Shown one piece after another: positions 60,949-64,000 of a stretch of DNA of 64,000 bases. The position numbers were made by a program, and so were the translations under genes. Origin of the DNA: an uncultured Bacilli bacterium (GTDB lineage: Bacteria > Bacillota_I > Bacilli_A > RF39 > UBA660); assembly GCA_934098345.1 (NCBI GenBank), contig CAKONX010000001.1, positions 9,510-73,509 of the forward strand, read 5' to 3'. The notes beneath the pieces were generated by a model. It was given only the letters and a program-made list of their open reading frames with translations. It made no database searches and was not told the origin of the DNA. Position 1 is the first letter of the stretch, and each line of letters starts with the position of its first letter.

Positions 60949-61488
60949 ATGGAATTAAAAGGAAGTAAAACAGAACAAAATTTGATGACTGCTTTTGCAG
61001 GAGAAAGTCAAGCAAGAAACAAATATACATATTTTGCAAGTAAGGCTAAAAAAGACGGATATGAACAAATTGCAGCTATATTTGAAGAAACTGCAAACAA
61101 TGAAAAAGAACACGCAAAATTATGGTTTAAAGAATTAAATGGAGGAGAAATTTCTTCTACATTAGAAAATCTATATGCAGCTGCTGAAGGTGAAAACTAT
61201 GAATGGACTGACATGTATGATGAATTTGCTAAAACTGCTCGTGCTGAGGGCTTTGATAGAATAGCTCAACTATTTGAAGGTGTTGCCGAAATCGAAAAGG
61301 AACATGAAGCTAGATATAGAAAATTAATTGAAAACATTGAAGGTGGATTAGTATTCTCTAAAGATGGTGATCGTATTTGGAAATGTAGAAACTGTGGACA
61401 CATTTGTGTTGGATCATCTGCTCCAGATGTTTGTCCAGTTTGTAATCATCCACAAAGTTTCTTCGAAATTAAAGCAGAAAATTATTAG
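60949..61488 (+). CDS. rbr: rubrerythrin
   Basis: ferritin-like di-iron ExxH motifs ([16 protein letters not shown]) plus C-terminal rubredoxin CRNCGH...CPVCNH. Confidence 0.85.
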   Translation: MELKGSKTEQNLMTAFAGESQARNKYTYFASKAKKDGYEQIAAIFEETANNEKEHAKLWFKELNGGEISSTLENLYAAAEGENYEWTDMYDEFAKTARAEGFDRIAQLFEGVAEIEKEHEARYRKLIENIEGGLVFSKDGDRIWKCRNCGHICVGSSAPDVCPVCNHPQSFFEIKAENY

Positions 61489-62855
61489 AATGGGGAACCA
61501 TTCTTTTTTATTGTAATAAATTCTTTATACTTTCTTTTTAATTCTTTTACAAATATGCTCTCATTATTATTAACCATTATATAAATTTTATGTTTAGTTC
61601 TAGTTAGAGCAACATAAAAAAGTCTTCTTTCTTCCGGATATTTTATTCCTTCATTATTTTTTAAAAAATAGTCTAATAGTTTGTGACTTTTATGCATAAA
61701 GGGAATATTATCAGAGTTAACTAGAACTACATTGTCAGCTTCTAGCCCTTTAGATTTATGAATTGTATATTTATTATTCCAGTTAATGTTCTCTATATCT
61801 TTATTACATCTTCCAATTACCATAACATCTCCTTTAACATAATCTAAAACATTTTCTAATTTATATCCATATAAAATAACAATAGGCTTTTCTTCGTTAG
61901 TTTTAGATAAAATTGTCTTTTTTAATTGATATTTATTTCTCATTACAAAATTACCGCTTGCAGTAATTAGTTCCTGAGAATTTCTATAAGTATATACAAG
62001 TTGATGATAACTAACTGACCCTAAATACTTATCCAAATTAATAAATATATCAAGTGTACAACCTGAAAAAGCATATATACTTTGCCAATCATCACCAACT
62101 AAAAATAATTTAACTTTATTATATTTAAGAATATTTTTTATTAAATTTAATCTTAATACGCTTGTATCTTGAAATTCATCAATTATTATATATTTATAAT
62201 TAACTTTTACTTTATTTAAAGACGCTATTTTTATCATATCATCAAAATCTATCTTACCTGTGGATAATAACTCCTCTGTATATAAAACATATATTTCTAT
62301 AATAATTCTAAGTATTTCTTTATTTATGTAATCAAGTCTCCATTCTAATAACTTTCTTATATCTAAATCATTGCTCTTAATATATTTTATAAAAGTTTCT
62401 ATAACATTTCTTAATTCTATATAATCTTTTGTTTTTAATATTTTATCAACTGATTTTTCTGTAAAAAATATTCTTTTAATAATTTTATTTCTAATCTTAT
62501 TATTTTTAATAAAAGATAACATGTATTCTTGGATGATATACTTTAAAGTATTATCACTTACGATTTCATATTTATGATCTAATAAAGATAAAGCTAACTT
62601 ATGAAATGTTTTAACTTCAACTTTATAATTTAATTTTTCTAATTTAACTTTTAAATTATTAACTGTTTCATTAGTTAAAGAAATACATAATATTTCATCT
62701 TCTTTAATATTCTTTTCTTCAATTAAATATTTTACTTTACCTAAAATGGATTGAGTTTTACCAGATCCTGCTCCAGCTGAAACAAGAACAACATCCGCTT
62801 CATCTTTAATTGATTTAACTTGAATATCATCTAATGTAATTCCAAATAGATCCAA
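61485..62855 (-). CDS. compact UvrD-like SF1 helicase (456 aa)
   Basis: Walker A GAGSGKT, motif [17 protein letters not shown], motif [14 protein letters not shown], motif [16 protein letters not shown]. Confidence 0.6.
   Translation of the reverse strand: MDLFGITLDDIQVKSIKDEADVVLVSAGAGSGKTQSILGKVKYLIEEKNIKEDEILCISLTNETVNNLKVKLEKLNYKVEVKTFHKLALSLLDHKYEIVSDNTLKYIIQEYMLSFIKNNKIRNKIIKRIFFTEKSVDKILKTKDYIELRNVIETFIKYIKSNDLDIRKLLEWRLDYINKEILRIIIEIYVLYTEELLSTGKIDFDDMIKIASLNKVKVNYKYIIIDEFQDTSVLRLNLIKNILKYNKVKLFLVGDDWQSIYAFSGCTLDIFINLDKYLGSVSYHQLVYTYRNSQELITASGNFVMRNKYQLKKTILSKTNEEKPIVILYGYKLENVLDYVKGDVMVIGRCNKDIENINWNNKYTIHKSKGLEADNVVLVNSDNIPFMHKSHKLLDYFLKNNEGIKYPEERRLFYVALTRTKHKIYIMVNNNESIFVKELKRKYKEFITIKKNGSPF
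61488..61510 (+). terminator. intrinsic terminator after rbr (inside 3' end of convergent helicase gene)
   Basis: GAATGG-ggaa-CCATTC + T6. Confidence 0.5.
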
Positions 62856-62907
62856 ATTATCACTTCCTACTATATATATAAACTAAAAAAAGAAGAATTT
62901 CTTCTTC

Positions 62908-64000
62908 TTAATCTAATTTTTTAAATATGTCTTTATTTATCGAATATAAATAAATATTTGTTTTCTTTTGATAATTTTCTTCTATATATTTTTTATAACC
63001 ACCTAATTGAACTTTGTATTCTTCACTTTCAAGATTAGATAATTTATAATCTATAATATCAAAATGGTCATCATATTCTAAAAGTAAATCTATAAATCCA
63101 TGATAAGTATTTAATCCATCGTTAAAACGTATTTCATGTTCCTTATATATTTTAGCATTTTTAATATTTTTAACTTCATCATGTTTTAAAAAGTTGATAA
63201 CTTTAGATTTTTCAACATCAGTTATATCTAATTTATCTAAATTATCGTTTTTAAAATCATATACTTCAAATACATAATGCATAAATGTACCAAAATCTAA
63301 TTTCTTTCTTAGGTTTTCATCAATAATTGAAGTAATTGCTTTAGAAAAGTGTTTACTTTCTAATATTTTATTTTCAATGTTCATTTCTTTTAAGTTGATT
63401 TTAGTATTACTATCTTCAATCATACTTTTATAATTACTTAATTTAACTACATTATAATCTTTATTAACATCTAATTTTGATATTTCAGATATCTTAGTAA
63501 TATCATTTAATTTTAAAGCATTTATAATATCAGCAAAGCTTTTATATCTAAGCATATTAGTTTCATCTGTAAGCTTATCAACATCATTATTAGGTAAAAC
63601 CATTATTACTTTTTCTTTAGCTCTTGTTAAAGCAACGTAATATAATCTGATTTTTTCTGATAAAGTTTCTTTCATTTCATTTACATTAGCGGCTACAGTT
63701 ACAAAAGAAGAACCAATTCCATCATTATAGAAAGGTAAAGTCAAACCATAATTATTTGTTAAACCGAATGGGTTTTTATTAGGAGTTTTATAAAAATTAG
63801 ATGTAAGCATTGGTAAATATACGTAAGGAAACTCTAATCCTTTTGAAGTATGAATTGTCATGATTTTAACTGAGTTGTCATCACCACTTACTATCTTCAT
63901 TTTTATTTCACTTTTATCATTAAGTATCTCATTAAAATAATCATTTAAAGCATAAATATTCATTCCAAATTTGTTTAAATCTGTTGAGTTATTAACAAAA
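62908..64000 (-). CDS. UvrD/AddA-like helicase-nuclease, C-terminal part (gene continues beyond window end)
   Basis: SF1 motif V (TIHTSKGLEFPYV) and VI (YVALTRAKEKV) then RecB-type PD-(D/E)xK domain (GTFMHYVFE...GFIDLLLEYDDHFDIIDYK); the M at 63963 is only the first Met in a frame open to the window edge. Confidence 0.55.
   Translation of the reverse strand, partial: FVNNSTDLNKFGMNIYALNDYFNEILNDKSEIKMKIVSGDDNSVKIMTIHTSKGLEFPYVYLPMLTSNFYKTPNKNPFGLTNNYGLTLPFYNDGIGSSFVTVAANVNEMKETLSEKIRLYYVALTRAKEKVIMVLPNNDVDKLTDETNMLRYKSFADIINALKLNDITKISEISKLDVNKDYNVVKLSNYKSMIEDSNTKINLKEMNIENKILESKHFSKAITSIIDENLRKKLDFGTFMHYVFEVYDFKNDNLDKLDITDVEKSKVINFLKHDEVKNIKNAKIYKEHEIRFNDGLNTYHGFIDLLLEYDDHFDIIDYKLSNLESEEYKVQLGGYKKYIEENYQKKTNIYLYSINKDIFKKLD

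Noticed and set aside
62856-62907. Single frameshifted pcrA/addA gene spanning both UvrD-like ORFs
   Set aside because: The upstream ORF already contains motifs V and VI plus a nuclease domain, that is, a C-terminal end. The downstream ORF restarts with motif I (Walker A), so they are not consecutive pieces of one helicase. Listed here because only the full upstream sequence can settle it.
1-64000. Alternative genetic code (UGA=Trp, Mollicutes) because of the extreme AT content
   Set aside because: All large housekeeping ORFs (gyrA, gyrB, mfd, dnaA, mnmG, metG) are intact under the standard code. Sporulation genes and a delta subunit point to Bacillota, not Mollicutes.

Overview
This 64 kb window comes from a very AT-rich (about 25-27% GC) Bacillota-type chromosome and straddles the replication origin. 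Long ORFs are intact under the standard code (table 11). The gene order follows the Bacillus/Clostridium origin-region pattern.

Left of oriC, mostly on the minus strand, is a core block: ksgA, tatD, metG (with a T-box leader), mfd, pth, yaaT, holB, recR, ybaB, dnaX, tadA, a compact SRP RNA, gyrA, gyrB, recF, a ComK-like gene, dnaN and dnaA. oriC appears bipartite, with TTTTCAACA-type DnaA-box clusters on both sides of dnaA.

Right of oriC, on the plus strand, the core genes are rpmH, rnpA, yidC, jag, mnmE, mnmG, rsmG and an orphan ParB. A class A PBP follows, then rpoE (delta), prfA, prmC, spoIIR, murA, rpmE, an ATP-grasp protein, rpiB, spoIID, a SpoIIQ-like degenerate M23 protein and recG.

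The most unusual features are:
- Seven perfect parS sites (TGTTTCACGTGAAACA) are packed into about 670 bp of non-coding DNA between the SRP RNA and gyrA.
- An accessory island of about 9 kb (46.1-55.7 kb) carries a Dam-like MTase with a DUF3883 PD-(D/E)xK protein.
- The same island has a separately promoted, translationally coupled operon: small protein, 650-aa GHKL ATPase and two unknown proteins. This is a candidate undescribed restriction/defense system resembling a split NO VEIN/paraMORC architecture.
- The island also encodes secreted proteins, one of them serpin-like.
- Two candidate C-rich small RNAs have near-identical promoter and 5' architecture, at 43.5 kb (minus) and 46.2 kb (plus).
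- The window ends with pssA, psd, an LtaS-family gene, rubrerythrin and two tandem UvrD-like helicase genes. The outer one is cut by the window edge and carries a RecB-type nuclease domain.

No rRNA or tRNA genes, transposases or integrases were recognised.
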